The notes under the pieces were generated by a model. It was given only the letters and a program-made list of their open reading frames with translations. It searched no databases and was not told the DNA's origin. A stretch of 64,000 nucleotides of DNA. Origin: Eledone cirrhosa (taxonomy: Eukaryota). The DNA lies in assembly GCA_964016885.1 (NCBI GenBank), contig OZ024755.1, positions 35,588,001 to 35,652,000 on the forward strand, written 5' to 3'. Both the position numbers and the translations under genes were made by a program. Below, in pieces: positions 1-12,168 of this stretch (the first letter of the stretch is position 1; each line of letters starts with the position of its first letter).

Positions 1-365
1 GGGTGGCATAAACATGACTTTTTCGCCCTGCCAAGGACTTAAGTTCCTTTCTACATATGCTACAGCAAAAGAAAAGAAAATCCCATCCTTGTGCAATACA
101 TGTGAAAGTCATTTAGATCAATTGATGCCTGTACTTGAAGCTTTTTTAAGTGAAGTAAGGCCTTGCACTGGACCAATCCCACTCTCTGAACAGTGGTCAC
201 AGTTATCCAAAGGGAAGAACAGGTCAACATCCTTGGCTGCCATAGAGTCACAGGTTTTACTTCAAAGTTTTCCTTCTCCTAGAATGATGTCCTAACAAGA
301 ACTAGGGGTCTCTCACTCCTGGTGGGCTAACTGACTGCTTGGGCACGAAACTGAGTATTTCCATG
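1..365 (-). mobile_element. Fragment of RTE-derived non-autonomous element family
   Basis: Shares blocks (AGGCCTTGCACTGGACCAATCCCACTCTCTGA; AGTTTTCCTTCTCCTAGAA) with 394-931, 29324-29892 and 29960-30445. Confidence 0.55.
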
Positions 366-393
366 TCCCTGCACATATATATTATACATAAAT

Positions 394-931
394 GGTGGCT
401 GCAAACGCTGCTAAGAGTATTGAAATCACTGGCCAGATTATAGAAAATGGTGCACCTTTAGGCTACAGCCAGCCACACGAACCTGCAACATATCCTGAAC
501 AAGCAATGCCTGTGCTTTGATGGTTTTTTTAAATGGAGAAAGGCCTTGCACTTGACCAATCCCACTCTCTGAGCATTGAAAACACTACCTGGAAAGAAGA
601 ACTGGTCAACATCATCGGATGCTTCCGAAGGTGCAAGTTTTTATTTAGAGTTTCCCTCTCCTAGAAAGGTGTTGTGACACAAAACTGAGTATTTCCATGC
701 CTTTCACTCCCAGGTAAAAAAAAAAAAAAGTACTATTTGGATGGCCATTGACTCTACTGAGTACCTCCGCCCTTTGCCTGGTCTTGTATTTCATCCCACA
801 GGGTGTCCATATATCACCCTCCTCACCAAGCCAGTTTGGTGGGGTTGCCGGCTTACTCTCTGACGACCTGACCATGAGAGAGGTTGTACTGGGTTACATG
901 TTACCTGTAGCACTTGAGAGCGACCTGACAT
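394..931 (-). mobile_element. Non-autonomous RTE-derived (bipartite) element, ~540 bp
   Basis: Aligns along its length with 29960-30445; flanked by (CATA)n; carries the CTAGGAGAGGGAAACTCT block reminiscent of RTE 5' regions. Confidence 0.6.
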
Positions 932-1754
932 ACATAGATACATACATACATACATACTAACAAACAAACAAGTATGTGTGTGTTTAATCACCTAACAAGA
1001 CCAAAATTATTTGAAAACTACCATGATATATAATATACCATAGAACCTCAGAGATACTGTGAAGAAAAATATAGTATGAAAGAAAAAGAAAATATATCAT
1101 ACTAATTTTTTAAATTGTTTTCTGTAAGTAGAATATATAGCATAGAGAAAAGGAAAACAAAACAAAAAAATGTAATAAAAATGTCCAACAGATTTATATA
1201 TGCATTAGAATACTGTATGAGTAAAGTAATGCAATTTGATATCGCTAAAAGATGAAGGATATAAAAAATATAACTAACATAATTACTACATTGAATTATA
1301 ATGTAATATATAGATATCAGCAGAAAAATTATATAACTAGTGTTGAAATATGAAATAGCTTTCCCTTGCATATAATTGTGTAGATATCTCACTATAAAAT
1401 AAATGTTTTTGAAAATTATAAGGACTGAAGGTGATAAAGCTGTAAAAAAAAATAATCTAAAAAAGCAACAGGAAAAAAAATGAACGAGAAAAATTAAAAA
1501 CAAAAGAGAAAAACAGTAATTTGGAATGTGTTAAAATTAGACCATAAACATGAAAAGCTGACAAAACAGAGCAACAAATCAATATTTTTACATGAAAAAT
1601 AAAGAAAAAAGTAATTAAAAAACAACTTTGTATGAAAATGTCCACCAGCTTTTCAGGTGTGCCAAAATAGTCTATTAGCAAACTAAATGAACTAATATTA
1701 CAAGGGGAAAAAAAACGAAACTTATGAAGAAAATTACTAAGTTACACCATATAG

Positions 1755-1930
1755 ATGCAAGCATGACTGTAGCTACATGGATAATGAATTTATTTCACAA
1801 CCACATGGTTTGGGGTTCAGTTACATGGTGGGGCACCTATGGCAGGTGTCTTTTACTCTAGTCTCTGGTTGATCAATGCCTTATGAGTGAAACTCAGCTG
1901 GCAGAAATTGTGCAGAAGCTCATTGTGTAC
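1755..1930 (+). mobile_element. Degenerate tRNA-derived CORE-type SINE
   Basis: Decayed B-box GGGTTCAGTTAC followed by a CCTATGGCAGGTGTCTT CORE-like block. Confidence 0.45.
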
Positions 1931-1932
1931 GC

Positions 1933-1980
<48 letters not shown>

Positions 1981-1983
<3 letters not shown>

Positions 1984-2358
1984 GGAGGTGAGTTTTATTG
2001 TAGGACAATAAAACTATGCATATATCGGAAAAGTAGCACTCAACAGTTTATTGGACTGGAGTATATATAAGAAGAAATTAAAAGATGGTTAAAAAAGTTC
2101 CATATATTTTATTATGTGCATTTCAAAGACAAATATCATCCTGGGACGATAGTTGCATTCTCATCAGATAAAAGAAGGTAACATGATATGATGCCTAAAA
2201 AACACTTGCGAACAAGGAAGTGTCCAGCCAACATATGATAAATAAATATAAAAGGATATAGAAGATTTTTTTTTGTTTTTTTTTTTCCAATCTTCTATAT
2301 CTTATATCATAAAATATATGGAACTTTTTTAACCATCTTTTAATTTCTTCTTATATAT
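1981..2358 (-). mobile_element. Penelope-like non-coding element with inverted arms and degenerate hammerhead
   Basis: ~50-bp inverted arms 2062-2112/2309-2358; minus strand CTGATGA(2167-2161)-long hairpin-GAAA; flanked by (TA)n; related 3' end at 47900-48020. Confidence 0.55.
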
Positions 2359-2524
2359 ATATATATAAATAAATATATATATATAAATATATAAGTTGTA
2401 ATAAAATGAAAACGAAATTTCATTTCTCACTCTTAGTACGGCACTTACTTAAATGTAAGTATGTATGTATACGTACATACATATATGTATACAGACGTAC
2501 AGTAGCATGCATATATATATATAT

Positions 2525-3598
2525 CATCATCATCAACGTTTAACGTCCGTGTTCCACGCTTGCATGGGTTTGGACGGGGGTAGTCCCACTTGAGGCAAGA
2601 GTGATTGTCTTGCTCGCATAGGACTGTCTGGCAGGTTTTCTACAGTTGGATGCCCTTCCTAACACCAACCACATTTACAGTGTGGGTCTGGGAGGTTTTT
2701 ACCGTGTTGCCTACACGGCCACATTACAGCGTGGACTGTGTGTTTTTTTGTCGTGACACCTACACGATCTCATTTGTTTCGGCCTGGATGGCGCGGCACC
2801 AACATAACTTTACATAGGACGGGGTGGTGTGGATGGGGTGGGGGTGGTGGTGGTGGGACGGGGTGTATTTTGTTAGAGATGCCTACTGGCTGGAGTAGGT
2901 TTTACTATATATTTAGGTAAGGCGGGTCTTCTCTGTTACTGAGTACCGCCAAAGGTCTCGGTCCAGTGACATTGTCTTGGAGAGGTGTAAGTGTGTGAGG
3001 TCGGAGTTTATCAGCTCGTCCCAGGTTTTTCTAGGTCTGCCTATTCCGTGGCTACCGTCTGTCTTTATTGCCCTGCACTTTGTTATACAGCTATCGACTT
3101 TCATGCGCATCACGTGTCCATACCAACGTAGCCTTCTCTCGAGTAAACAGCATCTGATCCCTCTTATCTCTAATTTTTTTCTTAGTTCGTTTATGCTTTG
3201 CCGTTCACGTATATTACTGTTACATATCCAGCGGAGCATGCAAGCTTCGTTCCTCTCTAGTCTGCGTATATCCTCTGCACACAATGCCCATGTCTCACTG
3301 CCATGCAACATTGCTGTTCGTATGCAGGCATCGTACAACCTGCCTTTCATTTTTAGGGAGAACCCTTTAGCAGCTAATAGTGGTATAAGCTCTCTGAACT
3401 TTTTCCAACCAGTTCTGACTCTAGCTACAGTACTTTCAGAGCACCCTCCCCCACTGCTGATTTTATCGCCCAGGTAACGGAAGCTGTCCACTATTTCTAT
3501 AGAACCCTCTGCGCAATTGAAAGAGCTAGTATTTTGTGGGCACTTGCTGCTACTTATTGCACCAGAACACCGGCCACATGTAAAATCTATGTTCTTAG
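2525..3598 (-). mobile_element. 5'-truncated RTE-clade LINE with 3' UTR and (TGA)n tail
   Basis: RT C-terminal ORF, then UTR ending GGACGTTAAACGTTGATGATG; inserted into the (AT)n tract of the host element. Confidence 0.9.
2913..3491 (-). pseudogene. RTE reverse transcriptase C-terminal fragment
   Basis: Motifs FRYLG, MLHGSETW, RRLRWYGHVMRM, GRPRKTW typical of RTE-clade RT; 5' truncated. Confidence 0.92.
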
Positions 3599-3772
3599 TA
3601 TATATATATATATATATACATACAGGTACACATACATATATGTGCGTATCAGTTTAGTGGACGTTTATTATAACGCCCGCTTTGTCCGTTTGTAAACAAA
3701 CTGACAGCCTGAGTTTATGCCGTACGGTGTTAAGGCAACCACGTCACCTTTTTGTTCAACACTGACACAGGA

Positions 3773-3815
3773 ACGATGTACTAGTTTCAAGCTTCTTAGC
3801 TATCATCAGCACCGT
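3773..3815 (-). ncRNA. Minimal type I hammerhead ribozyme
   Basis: Minus strand ACGGTG CTGATGA t-AGCT-aaga-AGCT-t GAAAC ta GTA CATCGT: stem I ACGGUG/CAUCGU, intact core, palindromic CUAG minimal stem III, GUA cleavage triplet. Confidence 0.8.
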
Positions 3816-4313
3816 ATACCCCTCTGCCAGATGGTTGAACGTTCGAAAGTATATACTTTCCTTATGAAAATTAACGGCTGAGCAGCCTAATTTGCATATC
3901 GAGTGAGTTCAGTCGGCCAGGCGCACCAAAAACGATAAGTTGTAATAAAATGAAAACGAAATTTCATTTCTCACTCTTAGTGCGGCACTTACTTAAATGT
4001 AAGCGTGTATGTATACGTACATACATATATGTATACAGACGTACAGTAGCATGCATATATATATATATATATATATATACATACAGGTACACATACATAT
4101 ATGTACGTATCAGTTTAGCGGACGTTTATTATAATGCCCGCTTTGTCCGTTTGTAAACAAACTGACAGCCTGAATTTATACCGTACGGTGTTAAGGCAAC
4201 CGCTAAACTGATACGTACATATATGTATGTGTACCTGTATGTATATATATATATATATATGCATGCTACTGTACGTCTGTATACATATATGTATGTACGT
4301 ATACATACATACT

Positions 4314-4367
<54 letters not shown>

Positions 4368-4370
<3 letters not shown>

Positions 4371-4480
4371 TTGTAACCCGGTATTTGCAATGGCTACGTT
4401 CTTAGAGCAGAGTGAAAAACCAGAAATATTGGACTTAGTCCATAAAAATGCCTAGACACTCCAAAATAACAGGAAAAAAA
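4368..4480 (+). mobile_element. Truncated pogo/Tigger-like MITE
   Basis: Starts CAGTTGTAACCCGGTATT and aligns with the 5' half of the MITE at 33717. Confidence 0.55.
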
Positions 4481-4534
4481 CATGATGATCTCCTTCTAAG
4501 TAACCTTCTTCATCTTTGCCCATTTACTCCAGGG

Positions 4535-4690
4535 AGGGTCTTCAGACATGCCCTCCAGAGGGCCCAGTCAGAAGCAACCATCTCCAATTGATCTGGCTGG
4601 ATACCCAAGTGACACCAGTTCTGCTCATAGATGTTATCCAACCATCTTGCTCAGGGTCTCCTGCCGGTTGGCTTTGCCTGTAAAATCTGT
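4535..4690 (-). mobile_element. RTE LINE 3' fragment preceding the 99-bp array
   Basis: Homologous to 62045-62215; continuous with the array unit, which translates to RTE-like EPLLL.IEKSELRY*GHVVRM. Confidence 0.7.
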
Positions 4691-5956
4691 CCAGTGATTA
4701 TTTCCTGAGACATCCTAACCACATGTCCTTAGTATCGGAGTTCTGATTTCTCAATGCAGAGAAGTAGTGGCTCTACCTGGTGTGATTTTCCAGTGATTAT
4801 TTCCTGAGACATCCTAACCACATGTCCTTAGTATCGGAGTTCTGATTTCTCAATGCAGAGAAGTAGTGGCTCTACCTGGTGTGATTTTCCAGTGATTATT
4901 TCCTGAGACATCCTAACCACATGTCCTTAGTATCGGAGTTCTGATTGCTCAATGCAGAGAAGTAGTGGCTCTACCTGGTGTGATTTTCCAGTGATTATTT
5001 CCTGAGACATCCTAACCACATGTCCTTAGTATCGGAGTTCTGATTGCTCAATGCAGAGAAGTAGTGGCTCTACCTGGTGTGATTTTCCAGTGATTATTTC
5101 CTGAGACATCCTAACCACATGTCCTTAGTATCGGAGCTCTGATTTCTCAATGCAGAGAAGTAGTGGCTCTACCTGGTGTGATTTTCCAGTGATTATTTCC
5201 TGAGACATCCTAACCACATGTCCTTAGTATCGGAGTTCTGATTGCTCAATGCAGAGAAGTAGTGGCTCTACCTGGTGTGATTTTCCAGTGATTATTTCCT
5301 GAGACATCCTAACCACATGTCCTTAGTATCGGAGCTCTGATTGCTCAATGCAGAGAAGTAGTGGCTCTACCTGGTGTGATTTTCCAGTGATTATTTCCTG
5401 AGACATCCTAACTACATGTCCTTAGTATCGGAGCTCTGATTGCTCAATGCAGAGAAGTAGTGGCTCTACCTGGTGTGATTTTCCAGTGATTATTTCCTGA
5501 GACATCCTAACTACATGTCCTTAGTATCGGAGCTCTGATTGCTCAATGCAGAGAAGTAGTGGCTCTACCTGGTGTGATTTTCCAGTGATTATTTCCTGAG
5601 ACATCCTAACCACATGTCCTTAGTATCGGAGTTCTGATTTCTCAATGCAGAGAAGTAGTGGCTCTACCTGGTGTGATTTTCCAGTGATTATTTCCTGAGA
5701 CATCCTAACCACATGTCCTTAGTATCGGAGTTCTGATTTCTTAATGCAGAGAAGTAGTGGCTCTACCTGGTGTGATTTTCCAGTGATTATTTCCTGTGAC
5801 ATTCTAACCACATGTCCTTAGTATCGGAGCTCTGATTGCTTAATGCAGAGAAGTAGTGGCTCTACCTGGTGTGATTTTCCAGTGATTATTTCCTGAGACA
5901 TCCTAACTACATGTTCTTAGGATCGGAGTTCTGATTTCTCAATGCAGAGAAGTAGC
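4691..5956 (-). repeat. 99-bp tandem array (~12.8 copies) derived from RTE RT coding sequence
   Basis: Unit CCAGTGATTATTTCCTGAGACATCC...GGTGTGATTTT recurs at 4691, 4790, etc. Confidence 0.95.
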
Positions 5957-6024
5957 ACCCCTATGTGTATAAATGGACGTTAAATGGTGGTGATGATGAT
6001 GACGATGATGATGATGATAATTGA

Positions 6025-6375
6025 CCTCAGTATGTGACTGGTACTTTAGTTTATCGACCCCGGAAGGATGAAAGACAAAGTTGATCTAGGTAGGATTTGA
6101 ACTGACAATGACAAGTGTCATAAGTAATTTCAGCAAAGCATTAGACAAAATGCTTTGCTGCATTTAATTATGACAGCCAAGAGCCAATAATGGTTTTGGA
6201 TTTAGGCACAAGGTCAGCAATTTTGGGGGAGGGGAAAGTCGATTAAATTAACCCCAGTGCATTACTGATACTTTATTTTATCGACCATGTAAGGATTTGA
6301 ACTCTGAATGTAAAGAGCCATAATTCTGTGCCACTAAGCATGTTGTCACACACTCTACCGATTCAGCCAATCCAG
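6025..6375 (-). mobile_element. Two degenerate Nin/Deu-domain SINE copies
   Basis: CTGGTACTTTA..TTTATCGACCCCGGAAGGATGAAAG block and GGATTTGAAC B-box complement. Confidence 0.7.
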
Positions 6376-6649
6376 AGACAGAGAGGAGAGTAATTAATTA
6401 ACCAGTAATATTTATCACAAGAAGCATTTATCAAGTAATTCATTTGTCAATGTGTTTGTATGTCAAAGGACCAGAGTGTCAAAAGTCAAACTTACATTTG
6501 TTTCATTAGTTTAGATTCTTAAGGTCATTTTATCCTCACTGGGAACCATCATGATTTAAACAACATTCTGATAAACTAACTCATGATATAACAGATAATT
6601 ATATGACAATGTAGGAGCCTATTAAGTTATATACTACTCTGTCATGGTT

Positions 6650-7497
6650 CACTGGGATTCACTCAGCAGGACCATGACCTCTGGCGTCACCACAGTAATA
6701 CAGAAGACCCGACTTCCCACGGGTACAAGCCAAAGCTGAAGCATATAGACAATATACCCCCATACCCTCCCACTGCAAAGTGGTCGTGGAGGTGCCACGA
6801 CAAAAAAGCACCCAGCCCACCCTGTAAAGTGGTCGTGGAGGTTCCACGGCAAGAAAGCACCGAGCCCACACTGTAAAGTGGTCGTGGAGGTGTCACGACA
6901 AAAAAGCACCCAGCCCACACTGTTAAGTGGTCGTGGAGGTGCCACGACAAGAAAGCACCGAGCCCACACTGTAAAGTGGTGGTGGGGGTGCCACGACAAG
7001 AAAGCACCCTGCCCACACTGTAAAGTGGTCGTGGAGGTGTCACGACAAAAAACACCCAGCCCACACTGTAAAGTGGTCGTGGAGGTGCCACGACAAGAAA
7101 GCACCCAGCCCACACTGTAAAGTGGTCGTGGAGGTGCCACGACAAGAAAGCACCCTGTCCACACTGTAAAGTGGTCGTGTAGGTGTCATGACAAAAAGCA
7201 CCCAGTCCACACTGTAAAGTGGTCATGTAGGTGTCATGACAAAAAGCACCCAGTCCACACTGTAAAGTGGTCATGTAGGTGTCATGACAAAAAGCACCCA
7301 GTCCACACTGTAAAGTGGTCATGTAGGTGTCATGACAAAAAGCACCCAGTCCACACTGTAAACGCATGACAAAATGCACCCAGCGCACATTGTAAATGTG
7401 GTTGGTGTTAGGAAGGGCATCCAGCTGTAGAAATCTTGCCAAAATCAGTTCTGTGTGAGTGAAACACGATCCTCTGACTTGATCTCTCACAACAGGA
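6650..7497 (+). mobile_element. RTE 3' end and UTR containing a 48-49-bp minisatellite (~6770-7360, ~12 copies)
   Basis: GACCATGACCTCTGGCGT..CAGAAGACCCGACTT resembles the DRDLWR..EKTRL end of the RTE ORF; array unit CCACACTGTAAAGTGGTCGTGGAGGTGCCACGACAAGAAAGCACCCAGC. Confidence 0.75.
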
Positions 7498-8620
7498 CAT
7501 ATATTTTCATATATTTTCACAAATTGTACAGATAGAAGAAGACTAAAGTGGTTAACACTACTATCTGTAAGGCTGCTGTCTTTCAGTGTATATAGCATAT
7601 AGATGTGGGTAACTGTGTACCTTGTTATGGTGTTTAGAACATTATTTTGAAGGGGTTCCAATTTACTGTCGCTCTACTAGCTCAACTTTATATCATCAGC
7701 CTATCACAAGACTTTACTATCATCATCTGCCTGCAAATTTGTCTCCTCTATCTATCAACCTACCTACCTACCTATCTATCTACCTACCTATCTACTTACC
7801 TATCTATCTACCTTAAAGGAATATACCTACTTACCTATCTATTGATCTATCTCTCTATCCATCCATAAATATATCCTCATATTCATATCCAGACCATCTT
7901 ATGATTTTGCCATTCTTACAATATTCAGTGTCGTTTTAGAAAAATAATTGTAGTTATTTATCATGATTAAACATGCAAGACAAAAACACAATGTCTAGAC
8001 AAATAATCCAAAATGTGCACAATATGCAAGCTTATATTGCTACCAATATTTGAGAGATCACAAAATCTTTTTTTTTTCTTCCTTTATCTACCTAGAAGAT
8101 GGAGACGGAATAGTTTATATATAAACAAACCTATATGAGTATCAATTTTTAAGAGTTGCATGATCTTTTTTCCCCATCAAGTATATCATCAATATGGGAT
8201 CTGATTGGCTTATGCATATAGAAAAGCATAATTCAACTTATATAATTTAATGTCTCCAAGTCTCAAGAGAAAATAGGGAAAGACTGCAGATAGGAGGACA
8301 ATTCCAGGCAAGTTTATTAAGCAGAGTCAGAGTAAGAAATAAGAAATGCAAAAATTTATAAAGAACTTCTAAGATATGTTTCTACCTTGAAACACGCATA
8401 TGTATATATATGTGTGTGTGTATACACATATATATACATAATATATATCTATATATAATATAATATAATATATATCTATATTTAACTTTATTCTTTGATT
8501 TATTTATTGAACCTTGTTTAACCTTTATATATATATAATATATATATATTTCTATATAATATATATATAATATATAATATATATAATATAATATAATATA
8601 TATCTATATATAATATACAT

Positions 8621-8756
8621 CGTCTCAGTTTGTATGACCTTTTTAACTTATGTTTATAGCTCTGGTATCTTCATATCCATGGAGCGCTTGTCTACACAAT
8701 ACGGAAGTTGCGTTTCGCTAATTTCTACCTGCCGAAATGCAATTCTCGCTAAATTT
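8621..8756 (+). mobile_element. Isolated Penelope-like 3' terminus within (TA)n
   Basis: GCTCTG..GGAGCGCT stem, then hairpin TTGCGTTTCG/CGAAATGCAA, then (TA)n; same layout as the hammerhead elements. Confidence 0.35.
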
Positions 8757-8760
8757 ATAT

Positions 8761-8791
<31 letters not shown>

Positions 8792-8807
8792 GTATAATAT
8801 AATATAT

Positions 8808-9146
8808 CATCATCATCATTTTACGTCCGCTTTTTTTTCTCCTGCTTGCAAGGGTGGGACGGGAACTGATTCTGGCTTGATTTCTACAGCTGGATGCCCT
8901 TCCTAACACCAACCTCATTTACAGTGAGTGCTGGGTGCTTTTTTGCCGTGGCACCTCCACGACCACTTTGCAGTGGAATGATAGGGACCCCAGTCCCTAT
9001 CATCTCATTTCTACAGCTGAGTAAACTGGAGCAATGTGAAATAAAGTGTCTTGCTCAAGGAAACAACACATCACCCGGTCTGAGAATTGAACTCACAACC
9101 TTTCGATTGCAAGGTCAATGCTCTAACCACTAAGCCATGTGCCTCC
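8808..9146 (-). mobile_element. Young tRNA-head CORE-type SINE with RTE tail (family A)
   Basis: A-box TGGCTTAGTGG, B-box GAGTTCAATTC, CCTTGAGCAAGACACTT CORE-like block, (TGA)n tail; near-identical to five other copies. Confidence 0.92.
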
Positions 9147-9160
9147 GTTATATATATATA

Positions 9161-9345
9161 ATTGTTTCTACCTTTTGGCACAAGGCCCGCAACTACCCAG
9201 TGCATTACTGGTACTTTATTTTATCGACCCCGTAAGGATGAAAGGCAAAGTTAACCTCGGCGGGATTTGAACTCAAAATCGCAAGGGCCGTAACTCTATG
9301 CATCAAAGCATCACATCCGACCCTTTACTGATACTGCCAATCCAC
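9161..9345 (-). mobile_element. Nin/Deu-domain tRNA SINE (family B)
   Basis: Reverse complement of GAGTTCAAATCCCGCCGAGGTTAACTTTGCCTTTCATCCTTACGGGGTCGATAAAATAAAGTACCAG. Confidence 0.88.
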
Positions 9346-9448
9346 AATATAATATATATCTATATATAATATAATATGATATAATATATATCTATATATA
9401 ATATTATATATATCTATCTATATATATATATAATCTATATATAATATA

Positions 9449-9481
<33 letters not shown>

Positions 9482-9486
<5 letters not shown>

Positions 9487-9554
9487 TATGTATGTATTTA
9501 AGTAAGTGCCGTAGTAAGAGTGAGAAATGAAATTTCGTTTTCATTTTATTACAA

Positions 9555-9557
<3 letters not shown>
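9482..9557 (+). mobile_element. Isolated 3' terminus of the 2394-4318 retrozyme-like family
   Basis: Reverse complement of ~2394-2465, ending at the same base (…TTACAACTT) followed by (AT)n. Confidence 0.8.
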
Positions 9558-9590
<33 letters not shown>

Positions 9591-10127
9591 ATAATATATA
9601 TATGTATATATAATATGATATATGTACAATATAAAATATATCTATATATATAATATAATATAATATATATAGATATATACACACACTCACCCTTACATAC
9701 ACCCTTACAAGATGAGAAATACATTTTTTTAAACTCCCACAAGACTTAGAAATATACTGACACACAGTATGTGTTTCCTCAGCATCTTTAATAAAGATGA
9801 TATTCAAAATATTCCGAGTGAATCATTTAATGTCTTACATTTTTATAAAACAGACATATTTTAATATTTTTTTTTTTTCTCTGGTAAATCAAAACTAATG
9901 CAAAAGATTTGTTTTGAAGATTTAAAGTAGCCTGAACTCACTTTAAAAAGGATTGCTGAGGAAAATGTTATTGAATAAAAAGAATCTTATAATTTAATGG
10001 CGACATTCTGCAAAGGTTTGCATTTGTGTGGGGTTGCACATGTGTTTGCATACATCGCTATGAGTCATAGGTCTATTAAGACGATATGTATTGCACTATG
10101 GATATGTGTTAATGTATAGCTGTTGTA

Positions 10128-10395
10128 TACCACCATCATCACCACCACCATTATCACCATCATCACCACCACCACCACCACCATTATCACCACCATTACT
10201 ACCATCACTATCACCTCCATTATCACCACCACTACCACCACCATTATTATCACCACCACCACCACCACCACCACCATCGCCACTATCAACACCATCGCCA
10301 CCAACACCACCACCACCACCACCATCATCTTCATCATTATCACCACCACTATTACAACCATCATCATCATCATCTTCAGCATCATCATCAACATC
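10128..10395. repeat. (CAC/CAT)n trinucleotide tract
   Basis: Direct inspection. Confidence 0.95.
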
Positions 10396-10585
10396 AATTT
10401 TACTTCCATTTTTCCACACATGCATGGGTTGAACAGGTCCTTCTCACTACGGCATCTCTCCATTCTTCTTCATCTCCTCTGCGAGTCTCAGCAATTTGAG
10501 GTCAGCTCTCCCCATGTATATATATATATATATATGTTACCATCTATAGCTATGTGTTCTATATATATATATATATATATGTGGT

Positions 10586-10802
10586 GAAGGCGTGTGGCTG
10601 AGTGGTTAGAGAATTGGTTTCGCAATCGTAAGGTTGTGAGTTCGATTCCTGGACCAGGCGATGCGTTATGTCCTTGAGCAAGACACTTTATTTCACGTTG
10701 CTCCTTCTACCTGGAGTTGCGACCGATAGATAGTATTAGCTATTGGAAAGACCAACGGAAACATTGTTCCCTCGGTCCGATTTGACGAAAGTCGATCGTT
10801 CC
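10586..10802 (+). mobile_element. tRNA-head CORE-type SINE (family C)
   Basis: A/B boxes, TCCTTGAGCAAGACACTT block, distinct tail; second copy at 51586-51803. Confidence 0.85.
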
Positions 10803-11094
10803 TTTTTTATATATATATGTGTGTTACCATTCTATAGCTTTATATGTTCTATTTTCTATATATACTGTATATATATTTATTTTATTCTGAGTTAAGACTC
10901 TATTGGTTTTTTCCCAGGATTTCACAAAATCTGTGGATAAAATCTCTGTCTTGATTTTTTTAAAATTGAGTTTGAATTATTTTCCCATATCTTACGTTAA
11001 TTATTTTCCATTTTGACGTTACAGTCACTTATATATTATGAAATACTGTTGGCTTCTTGCTCACAATAATTTCTATACTTTCATTTATATATAT

Positions 11095-11201
11095 ATATTG
11101 TTATACTTGGGGAGGGTCATATTTGTGTAATATTGCCAGAATTAATAACAGAACATTGCCATATATTACACAAATATGACCCTCCCCAAGTATAACAATA
11201 T
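11095..11201. repeat. 39-bp perfect inverted repeat with 29-nt spacer
   Basis: ATATTGTTATACTTGGGGAGGGTCATATTTGTGTAATAT and its reverse complement at 11163-11201. Confidence 0.9.
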
Positions 11202-11255
11202 TTGTTTCGACACACGATTTCATATAAAAAACCTCGCAAAACTAATTCACCGCCG

Positions 11256-11295
<40 letters not shown>

Positions 11296-11316
11296 GATAA
11301 CAGGTTATCATTATAG

Positions 11317-11836
11317 GCAATTGGCAGTATCGGTAGAGGGTCGGAAGCCATGCTTTCCAGCATAGTTACGTCCCTTTACGATCTGAGTTCAAATCCCGCC
11401 GAGGTTGACTTTGCCTTTCATCCTTACGGGGTCGATAAAATAAAGTACCAGTAATGCACTGGGTAATTGCTGGCCTTGTGCCTAAAGTAGAAACAATTAT
11501 AGGCAGTCCACTTAGATGTAGTCCAGTCAGAGTACTCCATGTAGTGGATAGTATTAACGTGTGGCTTAGTTTGACTCAACAAGACGTTTCCATAGTGATG
11601 CTGCGAGTTCGCGGTGATTTCTATGTAGTTTACACTTGGAGTAATAATTGTTTCTACTTTTGGCACAAGGCCAGCAAATTACCCAGTGTATTACTGGTAC
11701 TTTATTTTATCGACCCCGTAAGGATGAAAGGTAAAGTTAACCTTGGCGGGATTTGAACTCAGAATGGCAAGGGCCGTAACACTATGCGTCAAAGCAAGGC
11801 GCCCGACCCTCTACCGATACTGCCAATCCACCGCCC
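11317..11836. mobile_element. Two family-B SINEs in convergent inverted orientation (11317-11498 +, 11646-11836 -)
   Basis: Both carry the Nin/Deu block; ~150-bp spacer. Confidence 0.88.
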
Positions 11837-11848
11837 TTGGAGTAATAA

Positions 11849-12168
11849 TAATTCAAGAAAGAAGAGTGACATGGTTCGCTATACAATAAGGGCTTCATTC
11901 ACATTGCTGACAATTGTTTCTTTGATCTGGCAGGTCTAGAGTTCGCTACCCGCTTGATTTTGCGTCAATCGATCTCCAATACTTTGTGTATCTTCCTCAC
12001 TTTTGCGTGCTCTGATGAAAATGACTGGTTATAAACAAAGTATTGGAGATCAATTGACACAAAATCAGGCGGGTAGTGAACTCTAGACCTGCCAGATCAA
12101 AGAAACAATTGTCAGCAATGTGAATAAAGCCCTTATTGTATAGCCAACCATGTCACTCTTCTTTCTTG

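Larger units (their letters stand above)
2394..4318 (-). mobile_element. Retrozyme/Penelope-like partial tandem element (~465-bp unit) with inverted end, interrupted by an RTE insertion
   Basis: 2394-2522 repeats at 3937-4065 and 3620-3740 repeats at 4083-4200; 4201-4318 is an inversion of ~4000-4120; hammerhead inside the unit. Confidence 0.75.

Noticed and set aside
6496-6567. Minus-strand AG…GTAAGT-bounded candidate exon
   Set aside because: Stops in all three frames; no support for a coding exon.
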